Shown here one piece after another: positions 1 to 10,904 of a stretch of DNA of 64,000 nt. The notes below the pieces were generated by a model. The model ran no database searches and was not told where the DNA came from. It worked only from the letters and a program-made list of their open reading frames with translations. The translations under genes were made by a program, and so were the position numbers. The stretch covers positions 31,619 to 95,618 of the forward strand of contig DAOOTD010000001.1 in the NCBI GenBank assembly GCA_035390125.1, in the 5' to 3' direction. The DNA is from Candidatus Moraniibacteriota bacterium. GTDB taxonomy: Bacteria; Patescibacteriota; Minisyncoccia; Moranbacterales; GWC2-37-73. Every line of letters begins with the position of its first letter. Positions within the stretch are counted from its first letter, which is position 1.

Positions 1-1
1 G

Positions 2-394
2 AATAAGCTTAGGCAGGAAATTGCACAAGCAATTAAAGAAGCCAAGGAGCAGGGTGATTTAAGTGAGAATGCTGAATACGCAGAAGCAAAATCCCAGCAA
101 AATGAAAATGAGTCAAGAATTGCAGAATTGGAAATGATTATAAAGAATTCACAGGTTGTAGAAAAAGATGATACCCAAAAAGGGGCACAGATAGGTTCTG
201 TTGTAAAAGTTAATTTCAATAAAAATGAAATGGATTTTTATATTGTTGGTTCTAACGAAGCTGACCCTGCAAATTTCAAGATTTCCAATGAATCGCCCCT
301 GGGGAAAGCCTTTATGGGTCATGATGCTGGTGATACCGTAAAAGTATCAACTCCCAAAGGAGTTATTGAATACAAGATTGTTAGTGTGAAATAA
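2..394 (+). CDS. greA: Transcription elongation factor GreA (5'-partial, runs in from upstream of the window)
   Basis: Frame from nt 2 reads ...LSENAEYAEAKSQQNENESRIAELE... (GreA N-terminal coiled coil). It continues into a C-terminal FKBP-like domain (GSVVKVNF...GKAFMGHDAGDTVKV). A terminator hairpin follows. Confidence 0.85.
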   Translation, partial: NKLRQEIAQAIKEAKEQGDLSENAEYAEAKSQQNENESRIAELEMIIKNSQVVEKDDTQKGAQIGSVVKVNFNKNEMDFYIVGSNEADPANFKISNESPLGKAFMGHDAGDTVKVSTPKGVIEYKIVSVK

Positions 395-410
395 TTTTTT
401 CTATACAAGA

Positions 411-440
411 AAGAGCCCCATTGAATGGGGCTCTTTTATT
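411..440 (+). terminator. Rho-independent terminator (agagcccca-ttgaa-tggggctct + T-run)
   Basis: GC-rich inverted repeat immediately after the greA stop, followed by TTTTATT. Confidence 0.7.
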
Positions 441-513
441 GATAATATAAAAATTGCCACGAAATCTTTTTTGGGCTATTATTTAAGCATATTTTAATTA
501 TTCAAAACTATTT

Positions 514-1962
514 ATGAGAGACGATATTTTACAAACAAAAATTGATAAATTACAACAAGTTAAAAGTTTTGGAATGGACCCATATCCAGAGAAATCCAAA
601 CGTGATTTTACAAATAAAGAAGCAACAGAACAATTTGATGAATTGGCTGATAAAGAAATTACTTTAGTGGGAAGAGTTAGGTCATTTCGACCTATGGGTG
701 GCAGTGCATTTGCACATATTGAAGACGAAAGCGGTAAAATGCAAGTTTTTCTTAATAAGGCAAATATGCCAGAAGAGCTTTTCCACCTTTTTATAAAAAG
801 TGTTGATCTTGGAGATTTTATTGAGGTTTCAGGAAAACTTTTTAAAACAAAAACCGAAGAAAAATCTTTGAAAGTCGCTGATTGGAAAATATTGTCAAAA
901 AATATCCGTCCGATTCCAACTGAACATTTTGGGATTAAGGATGAAGAAGAACTTTTGCGCAGACGTTATCTTGATTTTATGACAAATGAAAATACCAGGA
1001 AGCTTTTCAGAAAGAAGGATATTTTTTGGCAAGCAATCAGAAATTTTTTAGTCAAGGATGGTTTTTTGGAAGTGCATAATCCAGTTTTTGAGCGTATTCC
1101 AGGAGGGGCTGAAGCGCAGCCTTTCATTACCCATCATAATGCTCTTGATTACGATTTCTATATGCGCATTTCGCTTGAGCTTACGCTTAAGCGTCTTTTA
1201 GTCGGTGGTTATGAAAAAGTTTTTGAAATTGGGCGGGTATTCCGCAATGAAGGAATTGACAGGGAGCACTTGCAGGAATATGACAGTATGGAATTTTATG
1301 CGGCTTATTGGGATCTAAAAAAGGGTATGAAATTTTCAGAAAAAATGTTCAAAAAAATTATTGAAAAAGTCACGGGTGGAGCAATTACAGAGTATGAAAA
1401 TGAAAAAATTGATTGGAGCAAGAAATTTACAGTTGTTGATTATTTTGATACCTTCAAGAAAGAGACTGGAATTGATCTGAATAAAAATATTACAGTTGAT
1501 GAACTCAAAAAGAAAGCTGATGAACTTGGAATAAAATATGAAAAAGAATACGGCAAGGGGAGAATGATTGATACAATTTATAAAAAGACAGTCAGGCAAA
1601 AATTAATCCAACCATGTTTTTTAGTCGGTCATCCGCTGGAAGTTTCCCCATTAGCCAAGACTGACCCCAAAAAACCGAAAAAAGTTTTACGTTTTCAAAT
1701 TATTGCTGGCAAGGCCGAGCTTTGTAATGCTTTTGCGGAGCTTAATGATCCAATAGAGCAAAGAAGGCGTTTTGAAGAACAAATGAAACTAAGGGAAGCG
1801 GGTGATGCTGAGGCGCAGATGATAGATGAGGATTTTGTAGAAGCTTTGGAATATGGAATGCCTCCGGCTTTCGGTTTTGGTATAAGTGAAAGACTTTTTG
1901 CATTTATTATGAATAAGTCGGTTCGTGAATGTGTAACTTTTCCCCCAGTTAAGGAAAAATAA
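514..1962 (+). CDS. lysS: Lysyl-tRNA synthetase, class II
   Basis: 482 aa. N-terminal OB anticodon-binding region (GRVRSFRPMGGSAFAHIEDESGKMQVF). Class II motifs (FEIGRVFRNEGID; C-terminal GMPPAFGFGISERL). Confidence 0.9.
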   Translation: MRDDILQTKIDKLQQVKSFGMDPYPEKSKRDFTNKEATEQFDELADKEITLVGRVRSFRPMGGSAFAHIEDESGKMQVFLNKANMPEELFHLFIKSVDLGDFIEVSGKLFKTKTEEKSLKVADWKILSKNIRPIPTEHFGIKDEEELLRRRYLDFMTNENTRKLFRKKDIFWQAIRNFLVKDGFLEVHNPVFERIPGGAEAQPFITHHNALDYDFYMRISLELTLKRLLVGGYEKVFEIGRVFRNEGIDREHLQEYDSMEFYAAYWDLKKGMKFSEKMFKKIIEKVTGGAITEYENEKIDWSKKFTVVDYFDTFKKETGIDLNKNITVDELKKKADELGIKYEKEYGKGRMIDTIYKKTVRQKLIQPCFLVGHPLEVSPLAKTDPKKPKKVLRFQIIAGKAELCNAFAELNDPIEQRRRFEEQMKLREAGDAEAQMIDEDFVEALEYGMPPAFGFGISERLFAFIMNKSVRECVTFPPVKEK

Positions 1963-1964
1963 AT

Positions 1965-2669
1965 ATGTTAAAGAAGCGGATTTTATCTATTCGTGGATAT
2001 ATAAGCGTGAAAACGATAATTATTGTTCTGATTTTAATTGCGACTTTGTATGTTTTTCAGAATAAATATGAGGAAATAAATAATCTGTCCATTATTAAAA
2101 ATAGCAGGGAAAATGGAGCATTATTTTATCTGGAAGGATTATGGAAGAATATGAAAAAAATTCAAAGAATAAGCGAAGGAAGGTCGCAAAGAGCCATGGA
2201 ATTATTTGAAGAAGTAAAATTAATCAAAGAAAAGTCAGGACTTTTTTCTCTAAAAATACCGAAGAGCTGGAATGTTATCAATGAAGAAGGTCCGGATAAA
2301 AAACAAATTTCCAAGATAGTTATTGAAAATTCGCGTTTTTTACAGCACAACGAAGATAACCAAATTTATTATGATGATGGAGCGCAATTAGTCATTCAAG
2401 TTGTTAGGGGTGAAAACAAAAACACAAATTTATCTGACAGTCCCAATGATCAGATGGTTGTCAAGACAGGAAATATAAATGTAGGGAGTTATAAATCGAA
2501 ATATAATATTATTAAAGATAATAATGTAAAAAAAGGAGAAATAATTAATGCGCATGTCATGCACAATGGAAATATATATAATTTTCAGCTGGTTGATAAT
2601 CCAAGTACATTTTCCAATGGAGAATTTTCTTTTCAAGAAATATTGCAATCATTTCAATTTTTAAAATAA
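1965..2669 (+). CDS. Hypothetical membrane-anchored protein (N-terminal TM helix)
   Basis: 234-aa ORF starting 3 nt after the lysS stop. Hydrophobic N-terminal segment. No recognisable motif. Confidence 0.45.
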   Translation: MLKKRILSIRGYISVKTIIIVLILIATLYVFQNKYEEINNLSIIKNSRENGALFYLEGLWKNMKKIQRISEGRSQRAMELFEEVKLIKEKSGLFSLKIPKSWNVINEEGPDKKQISKIVIENSRFLQHNEDNQIYYDDGAQLVIQVVRGENKNTNLSDSPNDQMVVKTGNINVGSYKSKYNIIKDNNVKKGEIINAHVMHNGNIYNFQLVDNPSTFSNGEFSFQEILQSFQFLK

Positions 2670-2765
2670 CAGCAAATAAGAATAAATAGGTTTTGGAAAT
2701 AAATCCAACAAAATCATGCCAAGATAGGGTGAAAGATATGATTATTTCAGGTTGTACTATATATG

Positions 2766-2906
2766 CAGTCCGTAGCTTAATTGGGAAAGCATCTATCAGG
2801 GTATATATGGGGAGTATTTGACTGGTTATATTGATATAGTTTTGTGATCAGCCAGTATTTCTCATATAGATAGAATGGCATGTTGGTTCGAATCCAACCG
2901 GACGGT
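2766..2906 (+). tRNA. tRNA-like gene with a ~65-nt insertion interrupting the anticodon arm (intron-containing tRNA or degenerate tRNA; identity undetermined)
   Basis: 5' acceptor cagtccg. U8. D-arm gctt/aattggga/aagc with A14, G18G19, A21. 5' anticodon-stem candidate tctat (2792-2796), with complement ataga only at ~2866-2874. Perfect T-arm gttgg-TTCGAAT-ccaac (2882-2898). 3' acceptor cggacgg plus discriminator t. One A·G mismatch in the acceptor stem. No contiguous 5-7-5 anticodon arm is present. Confidence 0.4.
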
Positions 2907-2912
2907 CAAAAA

Positions 2913-2938
2913 GAACGCACTGGGGTGTGTTTTTTTTA
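2913..2938 (+). terminator. Rho-independent terminator (aacgcac-tggg-gtgtgtt + T8)
   Basis: 7-bp stem with one G·U, followed by TTTTTTTT, directly after the tRNA-like gene. Confidence 0.6.
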
Positions 2939-3029
2939 GTTTTAAATAAGCTAAAATAAAAGATTTTTTCTTGCAAATAAAGCTGTTTAATAGTAAAATT
3001 AAACATATATTTACTTATTTTTTATCAAT

Positions 3030-4322
3030 ATGCTAGACATAAAATTTATCAGGGAACATGCTGAAGAAGTTAAGAAAAATTGCAAAAACCGCAGTGTAAA
3101 ATGCGATATAGATGAGCTTTTGGAATTAGATAAAATTCGTCTCAGCCAATTGCAATATGTTGAAGAACTTCAGGCTGAAAAAAATAAATTAAATGAATTG
3201 TTGCCTAAAACCTCAGGAGAAGAAAAAGCAGCTTTGCTTGAACAGGGGAAAGCCGTGAAAGAAAAACTGGCAACGGAAGAGCCGAAGCTTGAAAAAATGA
3301 AAAATGAATTTCAGGAAATTCTGATGACTATTCCTAACATGACTCATCCGGAAGTTAAAGTCAGTGATAATGAAGACGACAATCCTGTTTTGGAAGTTGT
3401 GGAAGAACCTGCAAAATTAGATTTTAAACCATTGGATCATGTACAAATTGCAGAAAATCTGGATCTCATTGATTTCGAAAGGGCGACTAAAGTAAGCGGT
3501 GCGAAATTTTATTATCTGAAAAATGAATTGGTTTTTTTGGAACAGGCGCTTATAAATTATGCTTTGGAAGTTGCAACTAAACATGGGTTTACTCCTTTTT
3601 CTACTCCTGATCTGGCCAAGAAAGATGTTTTGGAAGGGCTGGGCTTTAATCCGCGTGGTCAGGAAACACAAATATACAATATTGAAAATTCTGACATAAG
3701 CCTTATCGGCACAGCCGAAATAACTATGGGAGGCTACCACATGAACGAAATAATCGATGAAAAAAATCTGCCTAAAAAATATATCGCGCTTTCTCATTGC
3801 TATCGCACAGAAGCTGGAGCTTATTCTAAATTTTCCAAAGGCATCTTCAGAGTCCATCAGTTCACAAAAGTGGAAATGTTCCAATATGTGATGCCGGAAA
3901 AAAGCGAAGAAGCTCATAGGGAAATCTTAGAAATTGAAAAAGAAATTTTCAAGGGCTTGGGTGTTCCTTTCAGGGTCATTGATCATTGCACGGCTGATTT
4001 GGGCGGTCCATCTATAAGAACCTTTGATTTGGAAGCCTGGATGCCTGGCAAACCCAATAAAGAGGGAACAATGGGAGACTGGGCGGAAGTAACATCAACT
4101 TCCAATTGTACCGACTATCAATCCAGAGGGCTGAACATAAAATACAAAAAAGATGACGGTAAAAAAGAATATCTGCATATGCTCAATGGTACGGCTGTGG
4201 CTACGACGCGGGCGCTAATCGCTGTTTTGGAAAATTACCAACAGGCAGATGGCTCTGTGGTTGTTCCAGAAGTTCTGCGCAAATACATGCCGGCGAACAT
4301 GGAAAGTATAAAGAAAAAATAA
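3030..4322 (+). CDS. serS: Seryl-tRNA synthetase
   Basis: 430 aa. N-terminal coiled-coil arm. Class II core motifs (YRTEAGAYSKFSKGIFRVHQF; GTAVATTRALIAVLE). Confidence 0.9.
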   Translation: MLDIKFIREHAEEVKKNCKNRSVKCDIDELLELDKIRLSQLQYVEELQAEKNKLNELLPKTSGEEKAALLEQGKAVKEKLATEEPKLEKMKNEFQEILMTIPNMTHPEVKVSDNEDDNPVLEVVEEPAKLDFKPLDHVQIAENLDLIDFERATKVSGAKFYYLKNELVFLEQALINYALEVATKHGFTPFSTPDLAKKDVLEGLGFNPRGQETQIYNIENSDISLIGTAEITMGGYHMNEIIDEKNLPKKYIALSHCYRTEAGAYSKFSKGIFRVHQFTKVEMFQYVMPEKSEEAHREILEIEKEIFKGLGVPFRVIDHCTADLGGPSIRTFDLEAWMPGKPNKEGTMGDWAEVTSTSNCTDYQSRGLNIKYKKDDGKKEYLHMLNGTAVATTRALIAVLENYQQADGSVVVPEVLRKYMPANMESIKKK

Positions 4323-4354
4323 TTTGTCGATATATTTTGTTATAAATACAAAAT

Positions 4355-4750
4355 ATGAAAAATTTGGAACCAGAAAACAATTTGGCCCATGAGGAAAGTT
4401 GGGAAAAAATTGCCTCTGTTCTCCTAAAAGGCGATAAGAAAGCATTATCGCTTAATTCAGAAAAAGATGAAGAATATAACCAGGCAGTATTTTCGTCTTG
4501 GGAAAATGTTGTTGTGTTGCATGTGATGGCGCCAAAAAAGACTAAATTTCATATTGCCTTTGCAACCAGGAAAAAAATAAAATATCTGCCGCAAGAGCTG
4601 GAAACTGATTTGAAATTTGCAGTGCGAATTGGGCCGAAAGATTTCAAAGTTTTTATCATTCCGGACGATATCAGGAAAAAAGTCATGTTGGAAGTTGTGG
4701 AATATACCAAAGTTGATAATGAAAAATATAAAGACTTGATTTTGTTATGA
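4355..4750 (+). CDS. Hypothetical protein
   Basis: 131-aa ORF. Its stop overlaps the start of the next gene (ATGA), suggesting an operon. No motif recognised. Confidence 0.4.
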   Translation: MKNLEPENNLAHEESWEKIASVLLKGDKKALSLNSEKDEEYNQAVFSSWENVVVLHVMAPKKTKFHIAFATRKKIKYLPQELETDLKFAVRIGPKDFKVFIIPDDIRKKVMLEVVEYTKVDNEKYKDLILL

Positions 4751-5937
4751 TTAAAAAACTAAAATTTCCAAATGGTTTTTTATGGGGAGTGGCGACTTCA
4801 GCCTATCAGGTTGAAGGTGGTTGTACGAATAATGATTGGTATGAATGGGAGAAAAAAGGAAAAACAAAAGGCATGGCAGGGAAAGCCTGCGATAGCTGGA
4901 ATAGATTTGCAGAGGATCATAGTTTAGCGCAAGAACTTGGATGCAATGCTTTCAGATTGTCTTTAGAATGGTCAAAGATTGAACCGGAAGAGGGAAAATT
5001 TTCTCAGGAAGCCATTGAACACTATAGGCAAGTTTTGCAAGATATTAAATCCAAAGGCATGATGCGATCCGTTACTCTTTGGCACTGGGCTTTGCCTCTT
5101 TGGCTTTCAAAAAAAGGAGGATGGCATAAAAAAGAAACAATTGATTATTTTGTAAAATATTGCGAAAAAGTTATAAAAGAGCTTGGTGAAGAAATAGACA
5201 TATTTTTGACTATAAATGAACCGAGACTTCCTTTAAACAGGGGATATTTTGTAGGAGATTTTCCCCCAGGAAAGAGAAATCCTATCCTATTTTTATTAGC
5301 TAGAAAAAATATGGTCGCTGCCCATAAACTTTGTTACGAAGTCGTAAAAAAAGAAAAGCCAAATCTTAAAGTTGGCATAACGCAATTTTGTAATGATTTT
5401 AATTATTATGGTTTAAAACCAGCGAGTTTTATTACGGAAAAAGTGGAAGATTTTTATAATTGGTATTTTTATGAGCAGATCAGGGGGTATTATGATTTTG
5501 TAGGAATCAATTATTATTTTGCAATTGAAATAAAATTATTTCCGCCCTCTATACGTATGCAAACCACAGACAAGCAAATAACTGAAATGGGATGGGGAGT
5601 TTTTCCTGAAGGATTATATGAAATTGTCATGGATGCCTGGAGACGATATAAAAAGCCTATATATATTTTTGAAAACGGAATTGCAAATGCAGGGGATGAT
5701 CATCGCAGCGCCTATATTAAAAGTCATCTTCAAAAACTTCACGAAGCCATTTCAGAAGGCGCGGATGTGCGAGGCTATTTTCACTGGTCGCTAATTGACA
5801 ATTTTGAATGGAATGAGGCGTATAATATGAAGTTCGGTTTGATTGAGGTTAACTTTGAAACACAAGAAAGAAAACCGCGAAAAAGTTTCTATGAATATGC
5901 GAAAATATGCAAAAGCAATGAGGTGGAAATAGAGTAA
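4747..5937 (+). CDS. Glycoside hydrolase family 1 (beta-glucosidase-like)
   Basis: N-terminal FLWGVATSAYQVEGG...NDW. LTINEP (acid/base Glu). IFENG (nucleophile Glu). HWSLIDNFEW. Confidence 0.85.
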   Translation: MIKKLKFPNGFLWGVATSAYQVEGGCTNNDWYEWEKKGKTKGMAGKACDSWNRFAEDHSLAQELGCNAFRLSLEWSKIEPEEGKFSQEAIEHYRQVLQDIKSKGMMRSVTLWHWALPLWLSKKGGWHKKETIDYFVKYCEKVIKELGEEIDIFLTINEPRLPLNRGYFVGDFPPGKRNPILFLLARKNMVAAHKLCYEVVKKEKPNLKVGITQFCNDFNYYGLKPASFITEKVEDFYNWYFYEQIRGYYDFVGINYYFAIEIKLFPPSIRMQTTDKQITEMGWGVFPEGLYEIVMDAWRRYKKPIYIFENGIANAGDDHRSAYIKSHLQKLHEAISEGADVRGYFHWSLIDNFEWNEAYNMKFGLIEVNFETQERKPRKSFYEYAKICKSNEVEIE

Positions 5938-5991
5938 AAACTGGCTTATTTTAGGCAAAAAATTGTTATGAAAAAGCATAAATAATAACCC

Positions 5992-6020
5992 TTGACAATA
6001 TTTAAGTGAGTTGTTACAAT
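5992..6020 (+). promoter_or_regulatory. Near-consensus sigma70-type promoter TTGACA-17-TACAAT, candidate rRNA promoter
   Basis: TTGACA at 5992-5997, 17-nt spacer, TACAAT at 6015-6020. It lies in a ~700-nt ORF-free leader upstream of the 16S gene. Confidence 0.55.
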
Positions 6021-6674
6021 GGACAAGCAATAAAAAAAGCAGGTGTTTAATTAATTTATTAAAAAAACATCGCCGCAAAACAGTAAAAATATTTTAAAAA
6101 TTCGGGTGGAAAAAATACATCCCGATGCATATCAACAAGATGTGCGTGAGGATGTGTTTTTTGTTCATTTTAAATTTTTTTCAAGGCTGATAAATCAGGC
6201 GCGTCCCAGTGAATCGAAGGAAAACCCCCTTTCGTTTCAATTGATTACGTTTTTAAGTTAGGGGAGTCTGACAAGTTTTTGTTTTTTAAAAACTTGCCCC
6301 GCTCAGCTTTGATTAAGATAATTTGGTGGTCGGGCATATTCGAGATTTCTGTTTATTTGAAGCTTCCTTTCAAAAAAAATAAGGGTAATCGGTTTTAATC
6401 TCGAAACCGCTCCCTCCCGGCCTCCAAATTTTATAACCCCAAATCATTATAGAGAAATAATTTTATTTCTCTATAAAAATTTGCAGTTATGGATAGTATT
6501 TTGAAAACTTAATGAGAGATTAATCGCAATTTATTGCGGTTAGTCCTTTAAAACCTGTCGCTTACGCGCGGCAGGTCTGGTTGTTTATCTGAGCTATAAG
6601 TTTTCGCATCTTTTCTTTAGATAAAGATGCAAACCGTTTAAAATTTTTTCCACTTCGGTGGAAGGTTTTATTCT

Positions 6675-8152
<1,478 letters not shown>

Positions 8153-8165
<13 letters not shown>

Positions 8166-8184
8166 TAGGGAGATTTTGATGGTA
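8153..8184. repeat. Junction/att-like core copy A (atcacctcctttctagggag + attttgatggta) at the 16S 3' terminus
   Basis: Its left 20 nt are identical to copy C at 42424-42443. Its right 21 nt match copy B at 12445-12465 (ttctagggagattttg[a/t]ggta). Confidence 0.6.
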
Positions 8185-8390
8185 ATCGAGAATACTACAC
8201 GTGAAGACTGTTGGTGTCATCATCAACGGTTGTGGAGTATGGTTATCATCCGCTGGTCGACTCTAATTTATTAGAGAACAGCAATGCCTAGCAGAGCTAA
8301 CAGAATCTGTAGATGTGTTTGTACACACATCGGTAAACTCTTATAGGACTAATCGCAATAGGTTGTGATACATATACTTTTTGCAAGCAA

Positions 8391-8415
8391 GAACACCTTA
8401 AATGGTGTTTTTTGC
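8391..8415 (+). terminator. Rho-independent terminator of the rRNA trailer (aacacc-ttaaat-ggtgtt + T6)
   Basis: Hairpin plus T-run. Homologous to the terminator at 42563-42588. Confidence 0.65.
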
Positions 8416-8498
8416 GTTGGTCAGTCTACTCCGCTCTTGACATTTCTGCTGGTTATTCTATACTTTCAGTAGGAGTTGGAAAAACTGAACAAATTATT

Positions 8499-9149
8499 AT
8501 GGAACTACTTTCATCAAAAGAAAGCGTTGTGCTTTCTGTAATCAAAAAATTCAAAGCCAGAAATGGCTACATGCCTACATTTCAGGAAATGCTGGATGAA
8601 TGCAACAAGATTGGTCTTGCGATAAAAAGCAAGGGCTCGATTTTCACATATTTGAAATCGCTTGAGGAAAAAGGATATCTGACAAAATCTTCCGAAAAGA
8701 GAGGGTTAGATTTCATTGATCGAATGAATGAATTTTTCGTGGATGTTCCCGTGCTTGGCTCAGCATCAGCTGGCGCGCCTACTATTTTTGCCGAGGAATA
8801 TGTGCAGGGGCATCTAAAAGTCTCGAAAAAGATAGTTGGCAATAAAAATGTCTTTGCTATTCAGGTTCATGGTACGAGTATGAATTTATCACAGATAGAC
8901 AGTAAAAAAATAGATGATGGTGATTTTATCATTGTAGACTCAGAGTATAAAGATTATAAGAATGGGGACAAGTTATTGGTTGTGATTGATGGGCTGGCTA
9001 CGGTTAAGAAATTCAAAAAAATTAATGATGAAATGATGGCATTGCTTCCGGAATCGACCAACAACGAGCATCGGCCGATTTATTTAACGCCTGATGATAC
9101 CTTCATCATAAATGGAAAAGTTATCGATGTATTCAAAAGTGGAAATTAA
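8499..9149 (+). CDS. LexA/CI-like S24-peptidase family repressor
   Basis: N-terminal winged-helix-like segment. C-terminal S24 signature (VHGTSMNLSQ... with Ser; downstream LATVKKF with Lys). The listed ORF starts at 8412 but overlaps the terminator, so start 8499 (MELLSS) is preferred. Confidence 0.7.
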   Translation: MELLSSKESVVLSVIKKFKARNGYMPTFQEMLDECNKIGLAIKSKGSIFTYLKSLEEKGYLTKSSEKRGLDFIDRMNEFFVDVPVLGSASAGAPTIFAEEYVQGHLKVSKKIVGNKNVFAIQVHGTSMNLSQIDSKKIDDGDFIIVDSEYKDYKNGDKLLVVIDGLATVKKFKKINDEMMALLPESTNNEHRPIYLTPDDTFIINGKVIDVFKSGN

Positions 9150-9205
9150 CGGAGGCTTAGTCGGGCTTTCCGTTTTTTTAATAATCAATATTAATACGCA
9201 AACAA

Positions 9206-9412
9206 ATGGCGAAGTACAATCAAAACAGCGGGAAGGCTTGGACATCGAAAGATGTTTCTCAGTTAAGATCGCTGGCAAAGCAAAACACCCCTACAAGGGT
9301 AATCGGACTAAAGCTTGGCAGAACGCCTGACGCTGTGGCATCTAGAGCCAGTCAGGAGAATGTCAGTTTGAGACCAACAAATCAGTCTCCGTATAATCGG
9401 AGCAAGAAATAA
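9206..9412 (+). CDS. Small HTH DNA-binding protein (Cro/Xis-like candidate)
   Basis: 68 aa. Helix-turn-helix-like segment TPTRVIGLKLGRTPDAVASRAS. No clear SD. Followed by hairpin gcgactgaga...tctcggtcgc. Confidence 0.3.
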   Translation: MAKYNQNSGKAWTSKDVSQLRSLAKQNTPTRVIGLKLGRTPDAVASRASQENVSLRPTNQSPYNRSKK

Positions 9413-9487
9413 AAAAGGAGCGACTGAGATTGCCTGTGAAGTGGTCTCGGTCGCCCTTCCTAATTAACTTAATTTTAGCACAAAATT

Positions 9488-9748
9488 ATGGAAAACGAAA
9501 AGAAGGATAAAAAGGTGACTATAATCGTGAACACACGTCCACACGAATGGGATAAAAAAGAAGAAATTTCGTTCGAGGAGGTGGTTACGCTTGCTTTCGG
9601 AAGTTTCTCGGAAGACGCTGCAATCGCGTATACGGTTATTTACTCTCGAGGTAAAGATGAGAATAAGGAAGGCTCCTTGGTAAAGGGAGAGAGCGTAAAG
9701 GTTAAGGATGAGATGATATTCAATGCTACGCAAACAAATAAGTCTTAG
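9488..9748 (+). CDS. Multiubiquitin-family (beta-grasp, ubiquitin-like) protein
   Basis: 86 aa. KVTIIVNTRPHEW...ISFEEVVTLAFG...VKDEMIFNATQT matches my recollection of the prokaryotic 'Multiubiquitin' domain pattern (single copy, no C-terminal GG). It overlaps the downstream E1 gene by 26 nt. Confidence 0.45.
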   Translation: MENEKKDKKVTIIVNTRPHEWDKKEEISFEEVVTLAFGSFSEDAAIAYTVIYSRGKDENKEGSLVKGESVKVKDEMIFNATQTNKS

Positions 9749-10904
9749 CCCAGACTTAAAAAAACTTCAGGACGAGGGCTACGAAATTGAAGTCAAGAGT
9801 GGTTATTTGCTGGTACATCATGTGCCGTATGTGAATTCCCAAAAGGAGATTGCTTACGGCACGCTGGTGTCCAAGTTAGAGCTGGCTTCAGATAAAACGG
9901 TCAACCCTGTGGGCGACCATGTTATGAGGTTTATTGGCGAGCATCCATGTAACCATGACGGAACTGTTATTACCGCTATACAACACGCAAGTAACAACGA
10001 ACCTATTGTTGATGGGTTGACTACAAATCATAGCTTTTCCAGTAAACCTCCATCCGGACAGTATCCTGATTATTATCAAAAAATAATCACCTACGAAAGA
10101 ATTTTGTCATCACAGGCGAAGCATATTGACACTTCGGTAACCGCAATAACTTTCAAAACTATTGAGCCAGACGATGAAGAATCCGTACATCACTACATCG
10201 ATACAAATTCTACACGTGCCGACATTGGTTTAATATCAGCGAAACTCAAAGACGTAAGGGTGGCGATTGTCGGTTTGGGCGGAACTGGTTCTTACGTCTT
10301 GGATTTTATTTCGAAGACTGAAGTAAGAGAAATCCATTTATTTGATGCCGACGATTTTCTTCAGCATAACGCATTTAGGTCTCCGGGTGCTGCTTCCAAG
10401 GAAAAGCTGGATGAAAGACTCAAAAAGGTTGATTATTTTCATGGGGTGTATTCCAAAATGCACAAGAAAATTTTTTCTAGAGAATACCACCTGACAGATT
10501 CTAATTTAGAAGAAATATCGGGAATGGATTTCGTATTCATTTGCATTGACGAAGGAAAAATTAAAAAGCAAATAGCTGAGAGATTGATAGAGAAAAAAAT
10601 ACCATTTGTGGATACAGGGATTGGAATTCAATCAATCGACGGCGCTTTAATTGGCTGTATCCGCACTACCATGGCTACTCCTGAAAAAAATGATCACCTT
10701 GGACGAAGGATTGATTTCTCTGACGGAGGACATGATGCTTACACACAAAATATCCAAATCGCCGAACTTAACGCGCTTAACGCTTCGTTGGCTGTAATTA
10801 AGATGAAAAAGCATTTCGGATTTTACTATGACCAAGAAAAGGAATATAATTCAAGTTATGAAATTAGCATTAATAAAATAATCAACGATGAGACTAACTC
10901 CTAA
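9723..10904 (+). CDS. E1-like ThiF/MoeB-family adenylyltransferase with a ~160-aa N-terminal extension (possible E2-like domain)
   Basis: RVAIVGLGGTGSYVLDFI (Rossmann GxGxxG). DADDFLQHNAFRSPG. DFVFICIDEGKIKKQIAE...VDTGIG. These are typical of the ThiF/E1 fold. The N-terminal 160 aa are unassigned and contain GEHPCNHDG. Confidence 0.75.
   Translation: MLRKQISLSPDLKKLQDEGYEIEVKSGYLLVHHVPYVNSQKEIAYGTLVSKLELASDKTVNPVGDHVMRFIGEHPCNHDGTVITAIQHASNNEPIVDGLTTNHSFSSKPPSGQYPDYYQKIITYERILSSQAKHIDTSVTAITFKTIEPDDEESVHHYIDTNSTRADIGLISAKLKDVRVAIVGLGGTGSYVLDFISKTEVREIHLFDADDFLQHNAFRSPGAASKEKLDERLKKVDYFHGVYSKMHKKIFSREYHLTDSNLEEISGMDFVFICIDEGKIKKQIAERLIEKKIPFVDTGIGIQSIDGALIGCIRTTMATPEKNDHLGRRIDFSDGGHDAYTQNIQIAELNALNASLAVIKMKKHFGFYYDQEKEYNSSYEISINKIINDETNS

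Noticed and set aside
8166-8420. tRNA genes (Ile/Ala) or a 23S gene downstream of the 16S
   Set aside because: No T-arm/D-arm signatures in the trailer. The trailer ends in a terminator, consistent with an unlinked rRNA gene arrangement.
8412-8498. N-terminal extension of the LexA-like ORF (MRWSVYSALDISAGY...)
   Set aside because: It overlaps the rRNA trailer terminator hairpin and has odd composition. Start at 8499 was preferred.
9723-10904. Possibility that the E2/E1-like protein is the Cap2 of the CBASS pair at 27.3 kb (type II CBASS)
   Set aside because: It is 17 kb away on a separate nested element with its own repressor and integrase. It is far shorter than typical Cap2 (~590 aa), no Cap3/JAB is present, and it is coupled to its own Ubl-like gene.
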